64,000 nt of DNA from Actinomycetota bacterium. GTDB taxonomy: Bacteria; Actinomycetota; Actinomycetes; Propionibacteriales; Nocardioidaceae. A program made the position numbers and the translations under genes. The stretch spans positions 26,074 through 90,073 of the forward strand of contig JBKPTA010000006.1 of the NCBI GenBank assembly GCA_046735295.1, read 5' to 3'. The notes under the pieces were generated by a model. The model was given only the letters and a program-made list of their open reading frames with translations. It made no database searches and had not been told where the DNA came from. This document shows positions 29,629-38,875 of this stretch, piece after piece (the first letter of the stretch is position 1; each line of letters begins with the position of its first letter).

Positions 29629-30321
29629 ATGCAGACGATCGGCCTGGTCGGCGGAATGAGCTGGGAGAGCACCGCGGTCTACTACCGCGACCTCAACGTC
29701 GGGATGCGAGACCGGCTCGGCGGTCTGTCGTCGCCGAAGCTGGTGCTGAGCTGCGTCGACTTCGCCGAGCTCACCGCTCTCGAGGACGCCGAGCGCTGGC
29801 CGCAGATCGGGGAGCTTCTCACCGACGCGGCACGCGGCGTCGAGCGCGGCGGTGCCGACTTCCTCCTGCTGTGCACCACGACGTTCCACAAGGTCGCCGA
29901 CCAGATCGAGGCGGCGGTGGAGATCCCGCTGCTCCACCTCGGCGACGTCGTGGCCGCGGAGGTCGTGGCGCAGGGCGTCTCGCGGGTCGGGTTCATCGGG
30001 ACCACGGTCGCGATGTCGGACGGCTTCTTCGCCGAGCGCCTGGCCCGGCACGGACTGGAGACCGTCATGCCCGCACCCGAGCACCACGACCTGCTCAACC
30101 GCGCGATCTACGACGAGCTCGTGCACGGTCGGGTCGTCGACGCGACCCGACGCCGGGTGCTCGGCGTGCTCGAAGAGCTGTGGGACGCCGGCGTCGGCGG
30201 CGTCCTGCTCGGATGCACCGAGCTCGAGCTCCTGATCAAGCAGGCTGACGCCGACCTGCCGGTCTACCCGTGCACGACCCTGCACGTGAACGCCGCCCTC
30301 GACCGGGCCCTGGCGTCCTGA
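29629..30321 (+). CDS. aspartate/glutamate racemase family protein
   Basis: MQTIGLVGGMSWESTAVYY...LLCTTTFH...LLGCTELELL shows the two catalytic Cys/Thr motifs. Confidence 0.85.
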   Translation: MQTIGLVGGMSWESTAVYYRDLNVGMRDRLGGLSSPKLVLSCVDFAELTALEDAERWPQIGELLTDAARGVERGGADFLLLCTTTFHKVADQIEAAVEIPLLHLGDVVAAEVVAQGVSRVGFIGTTVAMSDGFFAERLARHGLETVMPAPEHHDLLNRAIYDELVHGRVVDATRRRVLGVLEELWDAGVGGVLLGCTELELLIKQADADLPVYPCTTLHVNAALDRALAS

Positions 30322-30395
30322 CGCTCGGCCGTCACGCGTTCCGACGCGGCCGCGGCCAGGGCGTCGCACCACCGTGGCCCAGGAACGCCAGGACA

Positions 30396-30665
30396 GGGGT
30401 GGAAGACCACGTCCTCGCGGCTCACCACCCAGTGGGTCCAGGCCATGGTCGACGGTGCTGGTCGACGGTGCTGGTCGACGGTGCTGGAGCTGAGCGGGAG
30501 GTGCTCGACCCCGACAGCGGGTCGGTCACCCTCGACGGCGACGACCTGCGTACTGGTCGGACGCGCAGCCGGCTCGGCTCCGTACCCGAGGAGGACATCC
30601 CGTCCCCCACCGGCACGATCTGCGACAACGCCGGAGAGCGCTGCGGCGCCACCTCCGGATGGTAA
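30396..30665 (+). pseudogene. relic of an ABC-exporter ATP-binding domain (Walker A to Q-loop region), frame-scrambled
   Basis: The frames together read ...STVLELSG / VLDPDSGSVTLDGDDLRTGRTRSRLGSVPEEDIPSPTGTICDN..., which is the ABC NBD pattern (GKST..L...dP.sG.v.lDG.dl....R..ig.V.Q...lF.gTi.dN). There is no TMD upstream and no signature or Walker B motif downstream. Confidence 0.45.
30448..30486. repeat. perfect 3 x 13-bp tandem repeat (GTCGACGGTGCTG)
   Basis: It is directly visible in the sequence and lies inside the ABC relic at the former Walker A region. A 13-nt unit is not a multiple of 3. Confidence 0.9.
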
Positions 30666-30873
30666 AACCCTGTCGCTCGACGCGTACGGATCCGCGCGCC
30701 CACGGCCCCACGACGTACGCATTCCGAAGGCGACCGAGCCTCGTACGCCGCGATCCGGACGCGGAGCGGCCCGTCGCCGGCTGCCCGCGATCCACGCCCG
30801 GCAGACTTTGCCGAGAGCCACGTCACCTCCGCGCGACTTGACCGTTTCTTAGGACAAAAGGAGGCAAGACCCG

Positions 30874-31062
30874 ATGAGCACCACATCCCCCCAAGGTGCC
30901 CATGGTTGTCCGTGTGAGGACTGCCTGGGAGACCGGATCAGCCGATCGGCTGAGCTGGCGAACCGCGACCGTGCCCTCATCCCCCTGTGGGCACGCCAGC
31001 GCAGGTTCCGAGTCCGACTGGCGACGGTCGAGATGCTCCGGAGCGCACCCCTCACGGCGTGA
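30874..31062 (+). CDS. hypothetical small protein (62 aa, CPCEDC motif)
   Basis: The ATG is preceded by the strongest SD in the region (aaaGGAGGcaagacccgATG). GC3 is high. It is followed by an 8-bp GC hairpin. No family was recognised. Confidence 0.4.
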   Translation: MSTTSPQGAHGCPCEDCLGDRISRSAELANRDRALIPLWARQRRFRVRLATVEMLRSAPLTA

Positions 31063-31209
31063 GCCTTCTTCCCGACACGGGCCCGGTCGCGGCGGCCGGG
31101 CCCTCGTCGTGTCCAGACCTCGGGCCGCGCCTCCGGATGCGGCTGCGGAGCCCGCTCGCCGATACGATCGATCGCCCGCCTCACCGGCCGAAAGCGACGT
31201 CGTACCGCC

Positions 31210-33114
31210 ATGCCTGCCACCCGTTCGGACCTCCGCAACGTCGCGATCGTCGCGCACGTCGACCACGGCAAGACCACGCTCGTCGACGCGATGCTCCACC
31301 AGGCCGGAGCGTTCACCGCCCACCAGGAGGAGGCGGGTGTCGCTGAGCGTGTCCTCGACTCCGGCGACCTGGAGCGCGAGAAGGGGATCACGATCCTCGC
31401 CAAGAACACCGCCATCCACTACACCGGCAAGGCCGCAGCCGATCTCGGTCTCGCCGGCGGGATGACGATCAACATCGTCGACACTCCCGGCCACGCGGAC
31501 TTCGGGGGCGAGGTCGAGCGCGGGCTGTCGATGGTCGACGGGATCGTCCTGCTGGTCGACGCGTCGGAGGGCCCACTGCCGCAGACGCGGTTCGTGCTCC
31601 GCAAGGCGCTCAACGCCGACCTCCCCGTCGTCCTGGTCGTGAACAAGGTCGACCGCGCCGACGCCCGCATCTCCGAGGTCGTCGACGAGACCTACGAGCT
31701 CTTCCTCGACCTGCTCGACGAGCACCACAGCCAGGACGCGCTGGACTTCCCCGTGGTCTATGCGTCGGCCCGGGCCGGCCGGGCGTCCATGCTGGCTCCG
31801 GCGAACGGCACGCTGCCCGACTCCCCCGACCTCGAGCCGCTCTTCCGGACCATCCTCGAGACCATCCCCGCCCCGACGTACGACGAGGACTCGCCGCTGC
31901 AGGCACACGTGACCAACCTGGACGCCTCGCCGTTCCTCGGCCGGCTCGCGCTGGTCAGGATCCACCAGGGGACGCTGCGCAAGGGGCAGAACGTCGCGTG
32001 GCTGCGGCGCGACGGCACCGCCCGCTCGGTCAAGGTCACCGAGCTGCTGATGACCGACGCCCTCGAGCGCGTGCCGGCCGAGTCGGCCGGGCCGGGTGAC
32101 ATCGCGGCGATCGCGGGAATCCCGGAGATCATGATCGGCGAGACCCTGGCAGACCCCGACGATCCGCGCCCGCTGCCGCTGATCACCGTCGACGAGCCAG
32201 CGATCTCGATGACGATCGGCACGAACACGTCCCCACTGGTCGGCAAGGTCAAGGGCTCGAAGGTGACGGCGCGACTGGTCAAGGACCGCCTCGACCGAGA
32301 GCTCGTGGGCAACGTGTCGCTGCGGGTGCTGCCCACCGAGCGTCCCGACACCTGGGAGGTGCAGGGCCGCGGGGAGCTGGCGCTGGCGATCCTGGTCGAG
32401 CAGATGCGGCGCGAGGGCTATGAGCTGACGGTCGGCAAGCCGCAGGTGGTCACCCGCGAGATCGACGGGCGCGTCCACGAGCCGGTCGAACGCCTCACGA
32501 TCGACGCGCCGGAGGAGTACCTCGGAACCATCACTGAGCTGATGGCCGCGCGCAAGGGCCGGTTGGAGCAGATGACCAACCACGGCACGGGATGGGTCAG
32601 GATGGAGTTCCTCGTACCCGCCCGGGGGTTGATCGGGTTCCGCACCGAGTTCCTCACCGAGACCCGTGGCACCGGGATCGCCCACCACGTGTTCGAGAGG
32701 TACGAGCCCTGGGCGGGGGAGATCCGGTCGCGCGCCACCGGCTCGCTGGTCGCCGACCGGGTCGGTGCCGCCACGTCGTACGCCATGACGAACCTGCAGG
32801 AGCGCGGAGTCCTGTTCGTGGAGCCGTCCACAGAGGTCTACGAGGGGATGATCGTCGGCGAGAACTCCCGCGCCGACGACATGGACGTCAACATCACCAA
32901 GGAGAAGCAGCAGACCAACGTGCGCTCCTCGACGGCCGACAACTTCGAGAAGCTCGTGCCGCCTCGCCGGCTGTCGCTGGAGCAGTGCCTGGAGTTCTGC
33001 CGGGAGGACGAGTGCGTCGAGGTCACACCCCAGACGGTGCGCATCCGCAAGGTCGTCCTCGACCAGAACGAGCGGGCCAAGCTGGCGGCCCGCAGCCGGA
33101 AGGGCACGCGGTAG
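31210..33114 (+). CDS. typA: translational GTPase TypA/BipA
   Basis: [21 protein letters not shown]..., [14 protein letters not shown] and NKVDR are present, and the length of 634 aa fits. Confidence 0.95.
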   Translation: MPATRSDLRNVAIVAHVDHGKTTLVDAMLHQAGAFTAHQEEAGVAERVLDSGDLEREKGITILAKNTAIHYTGKAAADLGLAGGMTINIVDTPGHADFGGEVERGLSMVDGIVLLVDASEGPLPQTRFVLRKALNADLPVVLVVNKVDRADARISEVVDETYELFLDLLDEHHSQDALDFPVVYASARAGRASMLAPANGTLPDSPDLEPLFRTILETIPAPTYDEDSPLQAHVTNLDASPFLGRLALVRIHQGTLRKGQNVAWLRRDGTARSVKVTELLMTDALERVPAESAGPGDIAAIAGIPEIMIGETLADPDDPRPLPLITVDEPAISMTIGTNTSPLVGKVKGSKVTARLVKDRLDRELVGNVSLRVLPTERPDTWEVQGRGELALAILVEQMRREGYELTVGKPQVVTREIDGRVHEPVERLTIDAPEEYLGTITELMAARKGRLEQMTNHGTGWVRMEFLVPARGLIGFRTEFLTETRGTGIAHHVFERYEPWAGEIRSRATGSLVADRVGAATSYAMTNLQERGVLFVEPSTEVYEGMIVGENSRADDMDVNITKEKQQTNVRSSTADNFEKLVPPRRLSLEQCLEFCREDECVEVTPQTVRIRKVVLDQNERAKLAARSRKGTR

Positions 33115-33289
33115 CCCTTGGGTCGGTGCAGGTCCTGATGCCCGGGGCGACAACCGCAGCCCAGTCGCGGGCCCCATCCCGCGCGATCCCGCCGATCCGC
33201 GCCCGGCACGTGCGGGTGGGCACGAGGACCCGGGCCGCCCCAGACGGACGGAGCCATGGACGGCCCGACCCCGAGGACGTGCCGGCTCA

Positions 33290-33637
33290 TCACCGATGCA
33301 GGTGACTCGTCCAGTCGTCCGGTACGGCGCCGGCAGGCCCCGGCGTGGGCTGGTCGGACGGGTGGGACCGGGGCTCGGCCAGCTCCGGGCCCTCGTAGGC
33401 CTGCTCGTCGCGGAAGTCCCAGAACCAGTCCTCGCCCGGCTCGAAGCTGGTCATGTACGGATGCCTGCTCTCGCGCCAGTGGGCCGAGGCGTGCTGCCCG
33501 GGTGAGGTGTCGCAGCACCCGATGTGCCCGCACTGCGCACAGCGCCGGAGGTGGAACCACCACCCACCCGCCTGCAGGCATTCCACACACCCCGTGCCCG
33601 ACGGGGGCACGGTCGGGTCGATCCCCTCGATGCTCAC
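33290..33637 (-). CDS. UBP-type zinc-finger domain protein
   Basis: CVECLQAGGWWFHLRRCAQCGHIGCCDTSPGQHASAHW. Confidence 0.8.
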   Translation of the reverse strand: MSIEGIDPTVPPSGTGCVECLQAGGWWFHLRRCAQCGHIGCCDTSPGQHASAHWRESRHPYMTSFEPGEDWFWDFRDEQAYEGPELAEPRSHPSDQPTPGPAGAVPDDWTSHLHR

Positions 33638-33657
33638 CCGTGCCAGCCTGCCACTGC

Positions 33658-34317
33658 TCAGTGCTCGACGAACCAGCGGGCCAGCAGGGTGTCGTCCTGC
33701 TCGATGAGGGTGTCGAGGCGCAGCGGTACGTCGACGGGTGGGCCGTCGGTGATCCGCCGGTGGCCGCCCCCCACCATGCGGGGGACGATGGTTGCGTCCA
33801 GCTCGTCGGCGACCCCCTGGTCGAGCAGGTCACGCAGGAGGTGGGGGCCGCCCTCGGAGAGCAGGTGGCGGAAACCGCGCAGCACCAGCTCGTCCTTCAT
33901 CCGTGCCAGATCGACGCGGTGCGAGCCGAGCACGAGGACGTTCTCGTCGCCGAGGATCTGCCGCGCACCCCCGAGGTAGGGCGCGGTGGACACCGTCGCC
34001 ATCAGCACCTTCCCGCGCTCGGCCGCGCGTTGCGTCGGCGGCACCGCGCCGGTACGCGACACCACGACCAGCGGCTTGCGCCCCACGGCGTACCCCTCGA
34101 CCCGCACGGTGCCGGCCCCGACGACGACTGCGTCGGACAGGTCTCGCAGGAGGTCGAAGACGACCTTGTCAGCCCGGTTGTTGATGGAGCGGGTGGTGCC
34201 GTCCTCGCCGGTGGCCGCACCGTCGACGGTGGCGACCATGTTGACTCGCAGCCACGGCCGGTCGGGCGCCGCGTACAGCTCCGTCAGCTCCTCGCCGTTG
34301 CCGAGCAGGACTCGCAT
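33658..34317 (-). CDS. RibD C-terminal-domain / dihydrofolate-reductase-like pyrimidine reductase family protein
   Basis: From MRVLLGNGEE... it reads ...RVNMVATVDGAATGEDGTTRSINNRADKVVFDLLRDLSDAVVVGAGTVR...LLSEGGPHL. The ORF track start at 34371 is also possible. Confidence 0.75.
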   Translation of the reverse strand: MRVLLGNGEELTELYAAPDRPWLRVNMVATVDGAATGEDGTTRSINNRADKVVFDLLRDLSDAVVVGAGTVRVEGYAVGRKPLVVVSRTGAVPPTQRAAERGKVLMATVSTAPYLGGARQILGDENVLVLGSHRVDLARMKDELVLRGFRHLLSEGGPHLLRDLLDQGVADELDATIVPRMVGGGHRRITDGPPVDVPLRLDTLIEQDDTLLARWFVEH

Positions 34318-34427
34318 CGGTGGTCTCCCAGCTGTCGATGTGGTCTCGGGGTCGGTCGTTCCCATCGTCACACGAGGGCTCCGGTCGAGGTCCTGGGGGG
34401 TGCGGACCCGGTGTCTACACTGCCGGG

Positions 34428-35348
34428 ATGATCTCGCTGTCGGCCCTGGCAGCGTTGCACAGCGAGTACGCCGACGACCTCGCCCGTCCGGTCGAGCCGG
34501 TGGGCGTCGCGGGTGTGACCATCGGTGGCCCGCACCCCGTGGTCATGGGCACGGTCAACCTGTCGCGCGACTCGACGTACCGGGAGAGCATCGCCGTCTC
34601 CACCGACTCGGCCGTCCGCAAGGCTCGCACCCAGGTGGCCCTCGGGGCCGAGGTCGTCGACCTGGGCGCCGAGTCCAGCAACGCCGGGACCGCCCGGGTG
34701 GACGCCTCGGACCAGCGGGCCGCGCTCCTCCCGGTCGTCCGGGATCTCGCCGACCAGTGCGTGGTGTCGGTCGAGACGTACGCACCCGAGGTCGTCGACG
34801 CGTGCCTCGCGGCCGGCGCCAGCATCGTGAACCTCACCGGCCGCGACCGCGAAGATGAGATGCTCGTCAGTGTCGCGTCGTACGGCGCGGCGGTGATCCT
34901 GTGCTACTGCGAGCCGGGTGACGTGCGGACGCCGACGGACGCGCCCGTCCGGTCCGACCCCTTCCCCCACCTGCTCGACCACTTCGGCCCGCGCGTCGAG
35001 AGAGCGCGGTCGCTCGGGGTCGAGCGGGTCGTCATCGATCCCGGGCTCGGGTTCTACTACGCCAACCTCGTCGAGCCGACCGTGCGCGCGCGGCACCAGG
35101 CGGCCGTCCTGTCCCAGAGCTTCCGGCTGCGCGAGCTCGGCGTCCCGATCTGCAACGCCCTCCCCCACGCCTTCGACCTGTTCGAGGACCAGTTCCGCAA
35201 GGCCGAGGGGTTCTTCGCGGTGCTGGCCCGGCTCGGCGGCACCGACCTCCTCCGCACCCACGAGGTCGGACATGTCCGTGCCGTCCTCGCGGCGATGGAC
35301 GCCTTGGACGTCGTGCGGCCCGACGCGACCTCGGAGCCCGCCTCCTAA
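34428..35348 (+). CDS. dihydropteroate-synthase-like (pterin-binding domain) protein
   Basis: VVMGTVNLSRDSTYRES... (compare MGILNVTPDSFSDGG), ...GAEVVDLGAESSN..., ...ERVVIDPGLGF..., ...LLRTHEV. It is a divergent member of the family. Confidence 0.7.
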   Translation: MISLSALAALHSEYADDLARPVEPVGVAGVTIGGPHPVVMGTVNLSRDSTYRESIAVSTDSAVRKARTQVALGAEVVDLGAESSNAGTARVDASDQRAALLPVVRDLADQCVVSVETYAPEVVDACLAAGASIVNLTGRDREDEMLVSVASYGAAVILCYCEPGDVRTPTDAPVRSDPFPHLLDHFGPRVERARSLGVERVVIDPGLGFYYANLVEPTVRARHQAAVLSQSFRLRELGVPICNALPHAFDLFEDQFRKAEGFFAVLARLGGTDLLRTHEVGHVRAVLAAMDALDVVRPDATSEPAS

Positions 35349-36514
35349 CCCAGATGCCCCCGCACCGAGACGCGCCCGGACAGCAGGTTACGGGCGATGG
35401 TGCGCCGCTGGATCTCGTCGGTGCCCTCGTAGATGCGTAGCAGCCGGAGCTCGCGGTACCACCGCTCGATCGGCAGCTCACGCGTGTAGCCCATACCACC
35501 GTGGATCTGCAGCACCCGGTCGACGATCAGGTTCGCCTGGACGCCGCCGTACAGCTTGGCCATCGACTGCGCCTGCCGGGAGTCCCGGCCGTGGTCGACC
35601 TGCCAGGCCGCGGACAGCACCAGCCACCGCAACGCCTCGATCTCCACCGCGGAGTCGGCGATCATCCACTGGATCGCCTGCCGGTTGGCGATCGGCTCGC
35701 CGAACGTCACCCGGTTCCGGGCGTGCTCCATCGCGAGCTCGACGAGGCGCTCGCACGCCCCGAGCGCCCGCGCCGGCAACAGGTAGCGGCCCCTGCCGAT
35801 CCAGCGCATCGCGAGCTCGAAACCACGCCCCTCCTCGCCGAGGATGGCCGCGTGCGGCACCCGGACGCCCTGGAAGGAGAGGGAAGCCGGGCCCCACTCG
35901 CCCATGGTCGGGATCGTCGCCGACGTCCAACCCGCGTCGCGGTCGACGAGGAAGCAGGTGACCCCTCCGTCGGCGCCCTTCTCCTTGTCGGTCACCGCGA
36001 AGACCATCGTGAAGTCTGCGACGTCACCGCCGGTGATGAACGTCTTCTCGCCGTTGATCACCCACTCGTCCCCGTCGCGGACGGCGGTCGTGCGGAGGTT
36101 GCGTGCATCCGACCCGGCGCCCGGCTCGGTGATCGCGAAACAGCTGCGCCGGGTGCCCTCGATCGTGGGTCGCAGGTAGGCGTCCTGCTGCCCCTCGTCG
36201 GCCTCGAACAGGATGTTGTCGGCGTCCCCGGCGAACTTGAACGGTACGAACGTCCGGCCCAGCTCGGCCTCGACCAGCGCGTGCATGACCGCGCCCAGTC
36301 CCATGCCGCCGTACTCCTCGGGCGTCTGGATGCCGAAGAAGCCCGACTGCCGCGCCTTGTCCTGCAGGACCTTCAGCTCGTCGAGGCCGATGCCCCGGTC
36401 CCCGTTGCGCTCCCGCTCGAGCACCTGGGGCTCGAGCGGCAGCAGCTCCTTGGCGACGAACGTCCGCACCCAGTCGCGGATCTCGCGTTCCTCGTCGGTG
36501 AGCGTCAGATCCAT
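35345..36514 (-). CDS. acyl-CoA dehydrogenase family protein
   Basis: From MDLTLTDEEREIRDWVRTF... it reads ...CFAITEPGAGSDARN...IYEGTDEIQRRTIARNLL. Confidence 0.9.
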   Translation of the reverse strand: MDLTLTDEEREIRDWVRTFVAKELLPLEPQVLERERNGDRGIGLDELKVLQDKARQSGFFGIQTPEEYGGMGLGAVMHALVEAELGRTFVPFKFAGDADNILFEADEGQQDAYLRPTIEGTRRSCFAITEPGAGSDARNLRTTAVRDGDEWVINGEKTFITGGDVADFTMVFAVTDKEKGADGGVTCFLVDRDAGWTSATIPTMGEWGPASLSFQGVRVPHAAILGEEGRGFELAMRWIGRGRYLLPARALGACERLVELAMEHARNRVTFGEPIANRQAIQWMIADSAVEIEALRWLVLSAAWQVDHGRDSRQAQSMAKLYGGVQANLIVDRVLQIHGGMGYTRELPIERWYRELRLLRIYEGTDEIQRRTIARNLLSGRVSVRGHLG

Positions 36515-36888
36515 GCTTGTGACACTACCCAGCGAACGACCGGAGGGACGTCGGCGCCGGACCCGTCCCAGCTGGCGGCACCGATCGCGACGGGAGGGCG
36601 GCCGGGCAGACCAACCGCGTCGGCGACACCGCTGACGACCAGGAGGTCGCGGCACCCGAAGGCAGCCCCCAGCGGGCCGAACGCGAGCTGGCTGAGCGGC
36701 ACATCCGGACGCGCGCCGTCCCCGTGACCACCCGGCTGCGGTCGCGCGCCCCGTTCAGGCCCGGGGACCAGCGCGACCCTGGTCACGACGGTCGGGGGAG
36801 GCCGCTCCGCGATGCAGGGTGCCGGCGATCCAGTGGCGGCGGCCGTTCGGGCGCCGCAGCGCCCCGAGACCCTGGGCGGCGCGAGCCG

Positions 36889-37701
36889 TCAGCCGAGGAA
36901 CCGGCGTACGGCGAGCGCGAGCCCGCGCGCGTACGTCGCCCGGCCCGCCCTCGACGTCATCCGGCGGGCGTCACGCCGATCCCGCATGTTGCCGAGCTCG
37001 ACCATGACGGTCGGGATGTCCGAGAGGTTCAGGGTCGCCAGGTCCGACCGGAAGTCCAGCCCGTCGCCCCCGGCGATGTAGTTGGCCACCCGCAGCCCGA
37101 CGACCCGCAGTGCGGCACGGGTCGTCACGGCGAGGCGGCGCGAGGAGCGGTAGATGTCGTGGGTCCACGGGCGACGGTCCGTCGGGGCGATCACGTGGAA
37201 GCCACGCGCGCCCGGCGCATAGGACCCGTCGCCATGGATGCTGATCTTGAGGTCCGCCGGCAGGCGGTTGCCGTCGCGCCCGCGTACGTCGACGCACGGG
37301 CCCCATCGGTCCTGCCGGTTGGAGTGCCGGGTCATCCGCACGCTCGCACCGAGCCGCTCCAGGCGCTGTCGCAGCAGCCGGGCGACCTGCCAGGTGAACG
37401 TCGCCTCCGGGTAGCCGCCGTTCGTCGCCGTGCCGGTCGTGTTGCACGGCTTCTCGAACCCGCCCGCCGGCACCAGCTGGTCGATCTTGCCCAGGAAGTT
37501 GTGGTTGCCCAGCTGGTGACCGGGGTCGATCACGACCGTGCGCCCGGCCAGCGGCATGCTCGTGCCGCCCTCGTCCTGGCCCGAGGTGAGCCGGAAGTCG
37601 CGGGTGGCGTCCGCCGGCACGGCGAGACCGAGCACCATCGCCGCAGGCACGATTGCGGCCGCGACCAGCCCGGCATACCGGTGTCTGCACAGCTGGGTCA
37701 T
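36889..37701 (-). CDS. N-acetylmuramoyl-L-alanine amidase (Amidase_3)
   Basis: After a signal peptide it reads ...VVIDPGHQLGN...ISIHGDG...MVELGNMRD. Confidence 0.85.
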   Translation of the reverse strand: MTQLCRHRYAGLVAAAIVPAAMVLGLAVPADATRDFRLTSGQDEGGTSMPLAGRTVVIDPGHQLGNHNFLGKIDQLVPAGGFEKPCNTTGTATNGGYPEATFTWQVARLLRQRLERLGASVRMTRHSNRQDRWGPCVDVRGRDGNRLPADLKISIHGDGSYAPGARGFHVIAPTDRRPWTHDIYRSSRRLAVTTRAALRVVGLRVANYIAGGDGLDFRSDLATLNLSDIPTVMVELGNMRDRRDARRMTSRAGRATYARGLALAVRRFLG

Positions 37702-38702
37702 TCGTACCCCAGCACCTCGAACCGCTTCTCGGCCCAGGCCAGGGCCGAGGCGATGGCCTCGTCGAGCGACAGCTCCGTCTCCCAGCGCAGGAGATCGCGT
37801 GCGCGGTCGACGTTCGCATACGCGCCGACGGCATCCCCCGGCCGCGGCGGAGCCTCCGAGACGGGTAGCGGTCGCCCGATCACCCGCTCGAAGGCCGCCA
37901 CCAGCTCGCGCACCGTGACCCCGTCACCGCGACCGACGTTGACCACGACACTGGGCGCACCGACGGTCGCGAGCACCTCGTCGAAGCTCTCCACGGCGCG
38001 CACGTGCGCCACGGCGAGGTCCCAGACGTGGAGGTAGTCGCGCACCCCCGTTCCGTCTCGGGTGGGCAGGTCGGTGCCCGTGATGGTGAACCCGTCCCGC
38101 TGGCCGCGTGCCGCCATCACCAGCTGGCCGAGGACGTGGGACGGCTCCTTGGCGTAGACGCCGCTCTCGAGGTCGGGGTCGGAACCGATGGGGTTGAAGT
38201 ACCGCAGCATGATCGCCCGGAGATCGGTGGCCGCCGCCATGTCCTCGAGGACCTGCTCGATCATCCACTTCGTGCGGGCGTACGGCGAGGTCGGCTCGAG
38301 CGGGTCGTCCTCGGAGACCTCGAAGCTGTCCTTCACGGCGTACACGGAGGCCGATGACGAGAACACGATCCGCGGCTTTCCGAGCTGCTCGAGCTGGTCG
38401 AAGAGCTCCAGCGACTTCGCCACGTTGTCCCGGTAGTACTCGTACGGCTTCTCGACCGACTCGGGGACGACGATCCGTGCAGCCATGTGGATGGTGGCGT
38501 CGAGGTCGGGGTGGTCCTCGACGACACGACGCACGAGCTCGCGGTCACCGATGTCTCCCTCGTAGAAGATCCGGTCGCGGACGAACGCCTGAGGGCCGGT
38601 CAGCAACGAGTCGAGCACGATCGGCACGTGGCCGGCGGACTCGAGGGCCTTGGCCGTCGTGGAGCCGATGTAGCCGGCCCCGCCGGTGACCAGGATCTTC
38701 AT
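37698..38702 (-). CDS. galE: UDP-glucose 4-epimerase
   Basis: MKILVTGGAGYIGSTTAKAL..., ...SSSASVY..., ...YARTK.... Its stop overlaps the amidase start. Confidence 0.9.
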   Translation of the reverse strand: MKILVTGGAGYIGSTTAKALESAGHVPIVLDSLLTGPQAFVRDRIFYEGDIGDRELVRRVVEDHPDLDATIHMAARIVVPESVEKPYEYYRDNVAKSLELFDQLEQLGKPRIVFSSSASVYAVKDSFEVSEDDPLEPTSPYARTKWMIEQVLEDMAAATDLRAIMLRYFNPIGSDPDLESGVYAKEPSHVLGQLVMAARGQRDGFTITGTDLPTRDGTGVRDYLHVWDLAVAHVRAVESFDEVLATVGAPSVVVNVGRGDGVTVRELVAAFERVIGRPLPVSEAPPRPGDAVGAYANVDRARDLLRWETELSLDEAIASALAWAEKRFEVLGYE

Positions 38703-38875
38703 GCCCGCCAGGGTAACCAAGGTCGTCGGCACGCCCGGCACCTCCGGCGCCCGCTCGGCAGGAAGGCGTGCAAAGCATCCGGCGAACGCTTCCCGCTGTC
38801 CGGTCCGGCCCCTAGACTCTCACCTAGCTCGGGGGAGGAGCGCTGAGGCGCTCTTGGGCTGCGCTGGGGGATTCC

